Shown here one piece after another: positions 8,049 through 17,371 of a DNA stretch of 64,000 nt. The notes beneath the pieces are model-generated. The model made no database searches and was not told the DNA's origin. It was given only the letters and a program-made list of their open reading frames with translations. Made by a program: the position numbers and the translations under genes. This DNA comes from a virus. Location: positions 2,387 to 66,386 of the IMG/VR virus record IMGVR_UViG_3300005534_000013; one strand, given 5' to 3'. How positions within the stretch are numbered: position 1 is the stretch's first letter; each line of letters opens with the position of its first letter.

Positions 8049-9573
8049 GCTGCTGGTCTACGAGACCGATCCCGTCGGCTTCGTAGAGAACTGGCTCTAC
8101 GGCTTCCTCTGGTCCAAGCAGCGCGCGATCTGCGAGAGCGTGGCGAAGAACCGCCAGACCGCGGTCCCGAGTTCGCACGATACTGGCAAGAGCCTCGTGG
8201 CCGCGATGATCGCCTGCTGGTGGATCGCCTGCCATGAGCCCGGCGAGGCCTTTGTCGTCACCCTCGCGCCCACGGCGGCCCAGGTCGACGCGATCCTCTG
8301 GCGCGAGATGAACCGCATCCACAAGCAGGGGCGCCTGCCTGGCCGGATGATGACCCGGATGTGGCGGCTCGATGATGGCGAACTTGTGGGCTTCGGGCGC
8401 TCGCCGGCCGATACCGATCCGACCGCGGCGCAGGGCATCCACGCCAAGTACGTACTCTGCATTTTAGACGAAGCGTGCGGAATCGCGAAAATGATCTGGG
8501 ACGCGGTCTCGTCCCTCGTGGCGAACGACTACAGCCGCATCCTCGCGATCGGGAACCCCGACGATCCCTCGACCGAGTTCGAGGCCGTGTGCCGGCCGGG
8601 TTCAGGCTGGAATGTGATTCCGATCTCGGCCTTCGATTCGCCGAACTTCACCGATGAGGAGGTGCCGGACTTCCTCCGCCCGCTCCTCGTGGGCAAGACC
8701 TGGGTCGAGGAGCGCAAGCGTAAGTGGGGGGAGGAGAGCCCGCTCTATCTCGCCAAGGTGCTGGGCCGCTTCCCAGATCAGGCAGCTGACGGACTCATTC
8801 CCTTGGGGGCGATCACGGCCGCGGTGACGCGCCGGCTCTTACCGGGACCCGAGAACGAACTCGGCGTCGACATCGCCAGGTACGGGGAGGATTCGACTGT
8901 CGTCTACCATCGCCTCGGCCCCGTGGCGCGCCGGGTCCGCAAATTCGGCAAGCGGAGCACCATGGTCACCGTGGGCGAGATCATCGACGTGCTGCGCGAG
9001 ACCGGCGCCAAGGTGGTGCGGATCGATGACACCGGCGTCGGGGGCGGCGTCACCGACCGCCTCGAGGAGTTGCAGGCGGGCAAGGACACCTCGGAGGGCG
9101 GCCTCGCGGCCAAGCGCCTCCTCTACGGCGTCGACATCGTGGCGGTGAACGTCGGCGAGCGCCCGACCGTCATGCCCCCGCCCTCCGCCACCCGCGGCAG
9201 TCCCGGCAAGCAGCCCGAGCGCCGCTTCACCGAGACCGAGCGCTACGTCCGTCTCAAGGATCAGCTCAACTGGGCTCTGCGCGAGCGCTTCATCGCCGGC
9301 GACATCGACCTCGTGGGCCCGGAAGAGGACCAGGATCAATCCGACGACATCCAGGCCCAGGCGGCCGATATCAAATACTCCCTCACCTCGACGGGCCAGA
9401 TCCAGATCGAGAGCAAGGACGAGATCAAGAAGCGCGGCCGGCCATCGCCAGACGACTGGGATGCCCTGGTGCTCTGCTTCGCGACCGCGACGCGGAAGAA
9501 GCGCTTGGCGATCGACCCGTCCATCCTGCAGCAGTCCCGGATGATCCCGGCGCGCCGCGGATATGGACGCTAG
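7948..9573 (+). CDS. terL: terminase large subunit
   Basis: Walker A HDTGKS, Walker B ILDEA, IGNP, nuclease GVDIARYGED and SPDDWDAL. Confidence 0.92.
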   Translation: MPNSQVSLDVSVLKSIRARAQAELDRRRRKSIDELLVYETDPVGFVENWLYGFLWSKQRAICESVAKNRQTAVPSSHDTGKSLVAAMIACWWIACHEPGEAFVVTLAPTAAQVDAILWREMNRIHKQGRLPGRMMTRMWRLDDGELVGFGRSPADTDPTAAQGIHAKYVLCILDEACGIAKMIWDAVSSLVANDYSRILAIGNPDDPSTEFEAVCRPGSGWNVIPISAFDSPNFTDEEVPDFLRPLLVGKTWVEERKRKWGEESPLYLAKVLGRFPDQAADGLIPLGAITAAVTRRLLPGPENELGVDIARYGEDSTVVYHRLGPVARRVRKFGKRSTMVTVGEIIDVLRETGAKVVRIDDTGVGGGVTDRLEELQAGKDTSEGGLAAKRLLYGVDIVAVNVGERPTVMPPPSATRGSPGKQPERRFTETERYVRLKDQLNWALRERFIAGDIDLVGPEEDQDQSDDIQAQAADIKYSLTSTGQIQIESKDEIKKRGRPSPDDWDALVLCFATATRKKRLAIDPSILQQSRMIPARRGYGR

Positions 9574-9877
9574 GCCATGGGTCTGCGACGCTCGCGGGCG
9601 CGAGTCGTGGGGCCGGGCGGAGATGAGCAGGATGCGCGATCTGAAATTGGCGTTCTCGGTGCATGAGCTCCTGAAGCCCGAAGACGAGACCCGCGCTGAC
9701 CTCTTCGGTCGGCATGAGACCCACTTCCGGCTGACCGGCAATCCGAAGATGGACCGGGAGATCATCGACGCCGTGGGCCTGATCGTCGCCCGCTGGCTCT
9801 GCATCCAACTGGGCGTGCCTTCGCGGGCCGAAGCCGCAAAGGCTCAGTTGGCCGAACTGGGCCTCGTGGCCGAATGA
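9563..9877 (+). CDS. hypothetical protein
   Basis: ORF between terL and portal; start may be ATG9623. Confidence 0.5.
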   Translation: MDARPWVCDARGRESWGRAEMSRMRDLKLAFSVHELLKPEDETRADLFGRHETHFRLTGNPKMDREIIDAVGLIVARWLCIQLGVPSRAEAAKAQLAELGLVAE

Positions 9878-11673
9878 CCAAGGCCGAGCGCAAAGCCGCG
9901 CGGAAGGTCCGCAAGACCGAGGCCCGGGCCCGCCGCGAGGCGCTGAAGCCGGCGCCCGCGGTCTCGATCCTCCAGGGCGGCAAGAAGGGGATGCAGATCC
10001 CCGCCGGGACGCTGGCCCGCAGTCGGATCAAGGCCGGGATGGTGACGGCGGAGCAGTTCCTCGCCGTCCCGCGGCCGCCGCCGGGCGTGTTGCCCGATGG
10101 CTTGAAGAACAAGGCCAACCCCGTGCTCGCGATGGACGAGCAGGCCGAGGAGATGTCGGTCTGGGCCGCGGGGACCTGGGCCTCGGGGTGGTTCGATGGC
10201 CCGCTCTTCAAGGGGTATCCGGCCCTCTCGCTCTTCGCCGCGCTGCCCGAGTATCGCCGCATGGCCGAGGTGCTCGCGACCGAATGCACGCGGCGCTGGA
10301 TCAGGATCGGGGCCGCAGACTCGAACGACAAGGCGAAGCTCGAGAAGGTCACGAAGCTGGAGACCGAGCTCAAGCGCCTCGATCTCCGCGGCGCGATGCG
10401 GCGCCTGATCGAGCAGGACGCCTTCTTCGGCGTTGCGCACCTCTACCTCGATGTCGGCACTGATCCCGATGACCGCGACGAGCTCGCGCAGTCGATCGGC
10501 AACGGGCGCAATGAGGCCACGCGGACCAAGTTCCAGGGCAAGACCGACTTCCTCCGCGGCCTCAAGCCTATCGAGGCCGTGTGGTGCTACCCCTCGAAGT
10601 ACAACGCCACCAACCCGCTGCGCGATGATTGGTACAAGCCCCAGACCTGGTTCTGCCAAGGCAAGGAGATCCACTCGACGCGGCTCATGACCTTCGTGGG
10701 CCGCGAGGTCCCGGACCTCCTCAAGCCCGCCTATATGTTCGGGGGCATCAGCCTCTCGCAGCTCATGCAGCCTTATGTCGACCGCTGGATCTCGGTGGTG
10801 GATTCGGTTGCCCGCCTGTTGCTCTCGTTCTCGACCTCGGGAATCGCGACCAATCTCGAAACCATCCTGAAGCCCGAGGCAGACTCGCAGGGCATCTTCG
10901 ACCGCGTTGAACTCTTCAACAACATGCGGAACAACTTTGGCGCCATGCTCCTCGACAAGGACACCGAGGAGTTCTTCCAGTTCAACACGCCGCTTTCAGA
11001 ACTCAAGGACCTGATCACCAAATATCAGGAGTTCCAATGCTCCATCAGTGGCGAGCCGGTCGTGAAGTTGCTTGGCATACAGCCCGCTGGGCTCAATGCC
11101 TCGTCGCAGGGTGAGATCACTTCTTGGCTCGATTGGTGCGAGGCCTTTCGGGAGAAGTTCTGCGCCGCCCCGCTGACGACGATCATCGACTTCGCCCAAC
11201 TGAGCCTCTTCGGCGAGATCGACCCCGACATCACCTGGACGTGGGAATCGCTCCGCAGCCTCGATCCCAAGGAGGAGACGGAGCGCCGCAAGGTCCAGGC
11301 CGAGATGGATGCGGTCTACATCGAGGACGGGGTCTTCCTCCCGCAGGAGATCCGCATGGGCCTCCTGGCCGATCCGGAGAGCCCCTACTACGGACTCGAG
11401 GAGCTGACGCCCGACATGCCCGAGGGGCCCGAGGGTGGGGGCGTGGTCGATCCGGACATGGCCGAGGAGTTCCCGCAGCTGGAGGCTCCGCCGGCGGGCG
11501 CGGGCGGGGCGCTGAGCGAACTCGGTGGGGTGCGCATCGACCCGCAGGCGCGGCGGGCGGCGGGCGGCGCGCCAGACCGGGATGGCCCGCGCCGGCCAGA
11601 TGGCGAGGACCCCCGGACCGCGAGGCGCGCGCCGCGTGAGAGCCGCCAGCGCCAGCGGGAGCCGGCCGAATGA
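9874..11673 (+). CDS. portal protein (DUF1073-type)
   Basis: position after terL; IHSTRL, YMFGGISL, PVVKLLGIQPAGLNASSQGE motifs. Confidence 0.85.
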   Translation: MTKAERKAARKVRKTEARARREALKPAPAVSILQGGKKGMQIPAGTLARSRIKAGMVTAEQFLAVPRPPPGVLPDGLKNKANPVLAMDEQAEEMSVWAAGTWASGWFDGPLFKGYPALSLFAALPEYRRMAEVLATECTRRWIRIGAADSNDKAKLEKVTKLETELKRLDLRGAMRRLIEQDAFFGVAHLYLDVGTDPDDRDELAQSIGNGRNEATRTKFQGKTDFLRGLKPIEAVWCYPSKYNATNPLRDDWYKPQTWFCQGKEIHSTRLMTFVGREVPDLLKPAYMFGGISLSQLMQPYVDRWISVVDSVARLLLSFSTSGIATNLETILKPEADSQGIFDRVELFNNMRNNFGAMLLDKDTEEFFQFNTPLSELKDLITKYQEFQCSISGEPVVKLLGIQPAGLNASSQGEITSWLDWCEAFREKFCAAPLTTIIDFAQLSLFGEIDPDITWTWESLRSLDPKEETERRKVQAEMDAVYIEDGVFLPQEIRMGLLADPESPYYGLEELTPDMPEGPEGGGVVDPDMAEEFPQLEAPPAGAGGALSELGGVRIDPQARRAAGGAPDRDGPRRPDGEDPRTARRAPRESRQRQREPAE

Positions 11674-11999
11674 AAATCCTCAGTCCGGTCCTCGGGCAGT
11701 TCGCCAACGGTGAGTATGCCTGGTGGTGCCCTGGGTGCCGCCATGCGCATCACGTCCCGACCGGCGGAGGCCCGCATCCGATCTGGCAGTTCAACGGCAA
11801 CGTCGACCGGCCCTCGTTCACGCCCAGCGTGCGACATTTCCTTCCGGCCGATGAGCATGGGCCCGAAGGCACCTTCTGCCACTACATCATCACCGACGGG
11901 CAGATCGGCTTCTGCGGCGACTGCACGCACGCGCTGAATGGTCAGACGGTGCCGATGGTCCCCCTGGCCGATCACCAGGACTATGGGTGGCCAGACTGA
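11670..11999 (+). CDS. Cys/His metal-binding protein (DUF6527-like)
   Basis: WCPGC..H...WQFNGNVDRPSFTPS...CHYIITDGQIGFCGDCTH. Confidence 0.7.
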   Translation: MKILSPVLGQFANGEYAWWCPGCRHAHHVPTGGGPHPIWQFNGNVDRPSFTPSVRHFLPADEHGPEGTFCHYIITDGQIGFCGDCTHALNGQTVPMVPLADHQDYGWPD

Positions 12000-12183
12000 T
12001 GACCGCGCAGCCCCTGCAGCCTTGCAAGGATCACGATCCGAGCCGCCGAGTCGCGGGTGATGGGTCTTGTCTGAGGTGCGGCGCCGAAACGGGCGAACGT
12101 TGCCGGGAGAATGGCGCGCGCGGCGGCACTGGGTGGGGTGAACCCTTCGGCGCTGGGCCGCCCGATTATCCGAAGCGGGCGGG

Positions 12184-13188
12184 GTGGTGATGGCCCTCGT
12201 CCGCACCCCCGAGGAGCTTCGCATCGCCGATCTGGAAGCCGAGTTGACGCGCACCCAGTACGCGCTGGCCACGGTGCGCGGCCGGGCGAAGAAGGCCCAC
12301 CAGGTCGACGGCGAGCGGATCACCGAGCTTGAGGGCCAGCTGAAGCTCGCCCAGGACGCCAAGCCCAAGCCGGCCAAGCCGGGGCGCCCGGCCAAGCTGC
12401 GGCCCGTGCAGCCCAACGCCGGGCTCGAGGCGTGGCTACGGAAGCGTCTGGAACGCGAACTCGCCTCCATGGACCGCTCGATCCGCTGGTGGGTGCGCGC
12501 GGCCTACCGGAAGCATCTGGAAAGGATCGAGATCGCGCAGGACGCGGCGCCGGCCGATCTCCTGCAGCGCGTCCTCGCGGCGCTGCGGCGGCGCTGGGGG
12601 CGGCGCTTCGACGCCCTGGGGGAGGAGATCGCGGAGCGCTTCGCCAAGCGGGCGGGCGACCAGACCGACGCGGCCATGACCGCGGCGCTCCGGGCCGCCG
12701 GGATTCGCGTGAAGTTCCAGGCCAGTCAGGCCCAGCAGGATCAGCTCGCGGCCGCGATCCAGCAGAATGTCTCCCTGATCAGGAGCATCCCCGAGCAATA
12801 TCTGACAAGCGTCGAGGGCGCGGTGATGCGCTCCGTGCAGGCCGGCCGGGACCTGGGCGCCCTGACCTCCGAGCTGCGCGCCGCCTATGGGGTGAGCTAT
12901 CGGCGCGCGGCCTTCATAGCTCGCGACCAAAATGCGAAAGCCACCGCCTTCCTGACCCGCACCCGCCAGGTCGAGCTCGGGATCCAGACCGCCCAGTGGG
13001 TCCACTCAGGCGCCGGCAAGGAGCCGCGGCCGAGCCACGTCAAGGCCGGCCGGGACCGGATCGTTTACAACGTGGCCGAAGGCTGGCTTGATCCCGCCCT
13101 CGGCAAACGAATCTGGCCGGGCACGGAGCCGAACTGCCGATGCACCAGCCGGAGCATCATCGCCGAACCGATGGAGGAGGCTGCATGA
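12184..13188 (+). CDS. minor head protein (MuF/SPP1 gp7 family)
   Basis: RAAFIARDQ, WVHS..PRPSH, PGTEPNCRC. Confidence 0.88.
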   Translation: MVMALVRTPEELRIADLEAELTRTQYALATVRGRAKKAHQVDGERITELEGQLKLAQDAKPKPAKPGRPAKLRPVQPNAGLEAWLRKRLERELASMDRSIRWWVRAAYRKHLERIEIAQDAAPADLLQRVLAALRRRWGRRFDALGEEIAERFAKRAGDQTDAAMTAALRAAGIRVKFQASQAQQDQLAAAIQQNVSLIRSIPEQYLTSVEGAVMRSVQAGRDLGALTSELRAAYGVSYRRAAFIARDQNAKATAFLTRTRQVELGIQTAQWVHSGAGKEPRPSHVKAGRDRIVYNVAEGWLDPALGKRIWPGTEPNCRCTSRSIIAEPMEEAA

Positions 13189-13697
13189 GGTGGTTTCGTG
13201 GGGGCGCGATCGCCCTCCTGGCGTCGCTCGCCGTAGCCCTTCCCGCCCAAGCGGTCACACCGCCGGCGACCTGGAACCCCAGCCAGGGCGTGCTCACCGC
13301 CTGTTACGACAACACCGGCGCGCTCACGAGCTGCGCGGGCGGGGGTGGAGGGAGTGGGAATCCATCAGCCCCCGTCTCCACCAGCTCCCTCGCGACCTCC
13401 AAGGTCATCACCGCGAGCGCCAATAAGGCGCTGGTGAGCTTCGAGGTCAACGCCGATGTTACGCTCGCGGGAGCGGCCTGGTGGGTGTTGGTCCTCAACG
13501 CCACCTCGGATCCCGGGAATGGCGCGGTGGTGCCAGTGAAGTGTTACGGCGTGCCTTCTGGAACGTCACAGGTGGGCGGGACCTTCGGCTCCACCGGGGT
13601 GACGTTCTCGACCGGCATCACCATTGTCGTCTCGACCACCGGCTGCTTCACCGAGACGCAATCGGCGCACGCCTTCATTTCGGGTGATTTCCAATGA
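13185..13697 (+). CDS. signal-peptide-bearing beta-rich protein
   Basis: MRWFR + hydrophobic core + AQA cleavage site; GAGGAGG RBS; poly-Gly; 4 Cys. Confidence 0.8.
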   Translation: MRWFRGGAIALLASLAVALPAQAVTPPATWNPSQGVLTACYDNTGALTSCAGGGGGSGNPSAPVSTSSLATSKVITASANKALVSFEVNADVTLAGAAWWVLVLNATSDPGNGAVVPVKCYGVPSGTSQVGGTFGSTGVTFSTGITIVVSTTGCFTETQSAHAFISGDFQ

Positions 13698-14767
13698 TGC
13701 GCTGGATCGCACTGGCGCTCGCGCTGCTCGCCGGACCGGCGCTGGCCCAGCAAACGGGCGGCGGTGGTGGTGGCGCGACGACTTTCGCAAATCCGACAGC
13801 CGTGGTCGGCGCGAGCGCGGTCAATGGGTCGGCGACCACCGCCATGCGCTCCGACGCCGCGCCCCCTATCGATCTGACGTTCTCGCCGACATGGACTGGA
13901 GCCCATACCTGGGCGCTCGGAACGATCACCACGAACATCAAGGCCATCAACATAACCGGCACGTTCAACAATGCCGCCACCACGTTCGACGCGCCGCTGT
14001 TTATGAACATCACAAACACAGCTTCGCACGGCGGCACGCTTCTGGCTGATCTCCAAGTCGGTAGCAATTCTGTGTTCAGCGTGGATTTCAACGGAAATTT
14101 GTTATTCGGTGGAGCATTAAGGACCGGGAGTGTTGGGGCTGTAAGCGCTGGCGGTAATGTCTTTGCTGGATTGGACGATAATACCAGGGGACAAATTCTT
14201 TTCGGGACCGCTTCAGATGCGCGTCTCCTTCGTCGGGGTGCAAATAGCATCCAATTAGGCGCATCAGACGCGGCGACGGCGGTCGCGCAGACCTTCGGCG
14301 TTCAGGGCGTTGTGGCGGGCACCTCGAACACCGCTGGCGCGGACTTCACCATCGCGGGGTCACAGGGCACGGGCACCGGCCTTGGCGGTAAGTTGGTCTT
14401 CCAGACAGCGCCGGCTGGGACCACCGGAACGGCGCAGAACGCCGAACAGGCGGTCCTCTCCTTGGACGCCAACTCGCATGCGAAGTTCTCCAGCGCGGCC
14501 ATCCCGACCATCGGCACCTGTGGGACCGGCTCTCCGACGATCACGGCCGGCTCGACGGATGTGGCCGGCGAGGCCACCATCGGCACGACGGCTACCGCCT
14601 GCACGATCAGCTTCAAGATCGCCTATGCGGCTGCGCCCTTCTGTGTGGTCACGGACAAGACGAACCTCTCGCACCTGACGTCCTATACGATCTCAACGGC
14701 GGCTATCGTCCTCACCATGACCTCGAACTCTGGGGACGTGATCGAATACGTCTGCTCCGGGGCTTAG
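13694..14767 (+). CDS. signal-peptide-bearing fibre-like protein
   Basis: MMRWIALALALLAGPALA|QQTGGGGGG; Thr/Gly beta-rich; C-terminal domain with 4 Cys. Confidence 0.8.
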   Translation: MMRWIALALALLAGPALAQQTGGGGGGATTFANPTAVVGASAVNGSATTAMRSDAAPPIDLTFSPTWTGAHTWALGTITTNIKAINITGTFNNAATTFDAPLFMNITNTASHGGTLLADLQVGSNSVFSVDFNGNLLFGGALRTGSVGAVSAGGNVFAGLDDNTRGQILFGTASDARLLRRGANSIQLGASDAATAVAQTFGVQGVVAGTSNTAGADFTIAGSQGTGTGLGGKLVFQTAPAGTTGTAQNAEQAVLSLDANSHAKFSSAAIPTIGTCGTGSPTITAGSTDVAGEATIGTTATACTISFKIAYAAAPFCVVTDKTNLSHLTSYTISTAAIVLTMTSNSGDVIEYVCSGA

Positions 14768-14775
14768 GATCGCCC

Positions 14776-16380
14776 ATGTTCTTTCGATCTGCCCTCGGCG
14801 TCTGTCTTGCCTTCCTACTCGCCGTTGGCGCGAACGCTCAGGCTGTAGGCGGTGGAGGTGGCGGTGTTGGCACGTCTGTCTTCCCGACCATCGTGGACAA
14901 CGTGGCGGCGCTTCGGACCACGAACCTCACCGGCAAGGGCAACGACATCACGCTCACCTCCTACTACACGGGAGGACTCACGGGCGGCGGACCGCTCCAG
15001 CTTGTTGGTTCCGACACCACCAGCACTGACAACGGCTGCACGATCTTTGTCGATAGCGCCGGCAACCGCTGGTACCGCCAGATCGGGCCGGCGGGCCTCG
15101 GCGTCGATCAGTGTGGCGCTAAGGGCGATGGGACAACCGACGACACCACCAAGGTTCAGGCGGCGATCAATCTCGCCTGCGCCAATCCAAATACCGCCGC
15201 CTTCCCGATCACCATCCCGCCCAGCTTCACGCTCGGGATCACCGCCGCTCTGAGTTTCAAGGGTTGCTACAGCCTGGTATTCGGCGGCACTACCGGCGTA
15301 AGCTCATCGACCCATACGCCGCAGATCAAGTGGATCGGCACCGCCGGCGCTGGGCCGATGCTTTCAGTCAATCAGACGGATACCGGGACCTTTCACCACT
15401 TCGTCCTTAGCGATCATGTCGCGACCCCTGTTGATGTGGTGATCGAAGACACCGAAACCGGGTCGATTACGACCACGAACACCACCAATCAATTCGATGA
15501 CATCTACATTGCCGGTCCTATAACGGCTGACGGCAACTTTGTCGGTATTCGGATTGGCCAGGGAGATGTTGTCGGAAACGCCGACATCGGCCGCTTCGAT
15601 AAGATCACCATCAACTGCGGTGGCGCTGCTCCGACCACCAATACGTCCAACGGAGTTGGCTTCCGCTTTGTCTCATCCTCCGCCGAACCTTTCGTTGATC
15701 GCATTACCAACTACACGATCGTTGGATGCAGCAGGGGCATAGACGTCGAAGGTCAGATCAGCGTCCTCGTGATGGACGGTGGGAACAATACCGTCAACTA
15801 CACCGACCTCTACGTGACTGGCGGTGAGAATATACTCTTCGAGAACCTGAGGAGCGAGAATGCGATAGGGCCGCCGGTGGACATTGAGGGCGGGAACAAT
15901 GTTACTCTGTTCAACGACACTCTCGCCGGGGTGTGCGCGACCTGCACGGGGATCGTCGACAACATCCAGGGCAACGGCGAGCTCATCATCGACACGGTGA
16001 ATGTCGAGGGCTCGTCGGGCTTCACCTTTATGACCAACGCGGCGGGTGGCAGCACCCAGACGACCATCCGCAACTCGCAGTTCCCGACCGGCGGTTGCCC
16101 GACTTTTGGGGGCTGGGCCGGCACCATCGTCTCGACCAACAATTACCCCAACAGCGGCTCCAAGTGCGCGAACACGATGTCGAACACGTCGTTCACGGTG
16201 GGGAGCTGGATCGTTGCTCAGCTCCCGAGCGGTACCGACGTCCACACCGGCGAGATCGCCCTCGTAACGGACGCCAACGCCAGCTGCTCGGCCGGCACGG
16301 TCCCGACCGGGGGCGGGACGCACAAGTGCTTCGTCGGCTATGGGGGCACGAGCTGGACCGAGAACGGGAGCGGGAATTGA
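14776..16380 (+). CDS. signal-peptide-bearing tailspike-like beta-helix protein (pectate-lyase-3-like start motif)
   Basis: signal peptide ending ANAQA, then GGGGGG; VDNVAALR..YY..GGG N-domain; GAKGDGTTDDT..QAAI. Confidence 0.82.
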   Translation: MFFRSALGVCLAFLLAVGANAQAVGGGGGGVGTSVFPTIVDNVAALRTTNLTGKGNDITLTSYYTGGLTGGGPLQLVGSDTTSTDNGCTIFVDSAGNRWYRQIGPAGLGVDQCGAKGDGTTDDTTKVQAAINLACANPNTAAFPITIPPSFTLGITAALSFKGCYSLVFGGTTGVSSSTHTPQIKWIGTAGAGPMLSVNQTDTGTFHHFVLSDHVATPVDVVIEDTETGSITTTNTTNQFDDIYIAGPITADGNFVGIRIGQGDVVGNADIGRFDKITINCGGAAPTTNTSNGVGFRFVSSSAEPFVDRITNYTIVGCSRGIDVEGQISVLVMDGGNNTVNYTDLYVTGGENILFENLRSENAIGPPVDIEGGNNVTLFNDTLAGVCATCTGIVDNIQGNGELIIDTVNVEGSSGFTFMTNAAGGSTQTTIRNSQFPTGGCPTFGGWAGTIVSTNNYPNSGSKCANTMSNTSFTVGSWIVAQLPSGTDVHTGEIALVTDANASCSAGTVPTGGGTHKCFVGYGGTSWTENGSGN

Positions 16381-16454
16381 CCCCGCTTCAACTGCCGGCG
16401 CAAACGCGATAGCGTCGCCGGGACCGACTCACATCGCAAGGCGGGGGAAACCGA

Positions 16455-17351
16455 ATGCCAGGCATGAGCGACTACCTCGCCGAGGCCGCCACCAACCTTA
16501 TGAGCGGCCAGGCCGCGGCGCCGGCGCTTGGCAACCGATTCCTCGCTCTCTTCACCGCGATGCCGACCAGCGACGCCGGGACGGGTGGGACCGAGGTCTC
16601 GGGCGGCGGCTATGCCCGGGTTCAGGTCGCGGGCTCCGCGGCCACGAACGGGACCACGGCGAGCGGCAACGCGACCCTGCACTTCGCCGCCACGCCCGCC
16701 TGGATCGTCGCCGGGATGACGGTCAACGACACCACCGCGGCCGTGGTCCCGGCCGGGACCACGGTGCTCTCGACCACCGGCACCACTGTCGTGATGTCTC
16801 AGAACGCCACGGGGGGCGGCGTCGGGAGCGGCGACACGATCGTCTTCTCCGCCTGGCCGGCCTCTTCGGCCTCGTCCGGGACCGAGCCCAGCGTCACCCC
16901 CGTCACCGCCACCAACGGCGCGGTGATCACGTTCGCGCAGGCGAGCGCTTCCTGGGGCACGGTGATCGGCTTCGGGATTTACGACGCGGTGACGGCGGGC
17001 AACCTCCTCGGCCTCGACTACCTGGGGAACTTCTCCTGGCTCCCGTGCTCGATCTCCGCCGCCTCGCCGGGCGTCATCACGACGCACGCCCATGGCTACT
17101 CGGCGGCCGACCCCGTGGTCTTCACCTCCAAATATGGGGGCACGACCCCGACGTTCAGCCAGTCGAACCTCACCGGCGTTCTCGTCGTCGTGAGCCCCGC
17201 GACCGACACCTTCACGGTGACGAACGGCGGCACTGCGGTCAACACCTCGGGCACCGGCGACATGATGGTGCGGAAGATCGTCCAGCAGTCGATCCCGATC
17301 AACGTCACGGCCTCCTTCGCCGCGAGCACGCTGACGCTCAACGTCGCGTAG
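16455..17351 (+). CDS. putative filament/fibre structural subunit with two inserted beta domains
   Basis: MSDYL...ALFTA.P...TEVSGGGYARV...WGTVIGFGIYDAVTAGNLL core; ISAASPGVITTHAHG insert. Confidence 0.7.
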   Translation: MPGMSDYLAEAATNLMSGQAAAPALGNRFLALFTAMPTSDAGTGGTEVSGGGYARVQVAGSAATNGTTASGNATLHFAATPAWIVAGMTVNDTTAAVVPAGTTVLSTTGTTVVMSQNATGGGVGSGDTIVFSAWPASSASSGTEPSVTPVTATNGAVITFAQASASWGTVIGFGIYDAVTAGNLLGLDYLGNFSWLPCSISAASPGVITTHAHGYSAADPVVFTSKYGGTTPTFSQSNLTGVLVVVSPATDTFTVTNGGTAVNTSGTGDMMVRKIVQQSIPINVTASFAASTLTLNVA

Positions 17352-17371
17352 AGGCGGGAGGGCCAGATCCC

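Noticed and set aside
16340-17371. N-terminal 344 codons of the 636-aa ORF
   Set aside because: Arg-rich off-frame read of the 16455-17351 gene; the real protein most likely starts at GTG17372 after a GGGAGGG RBS.
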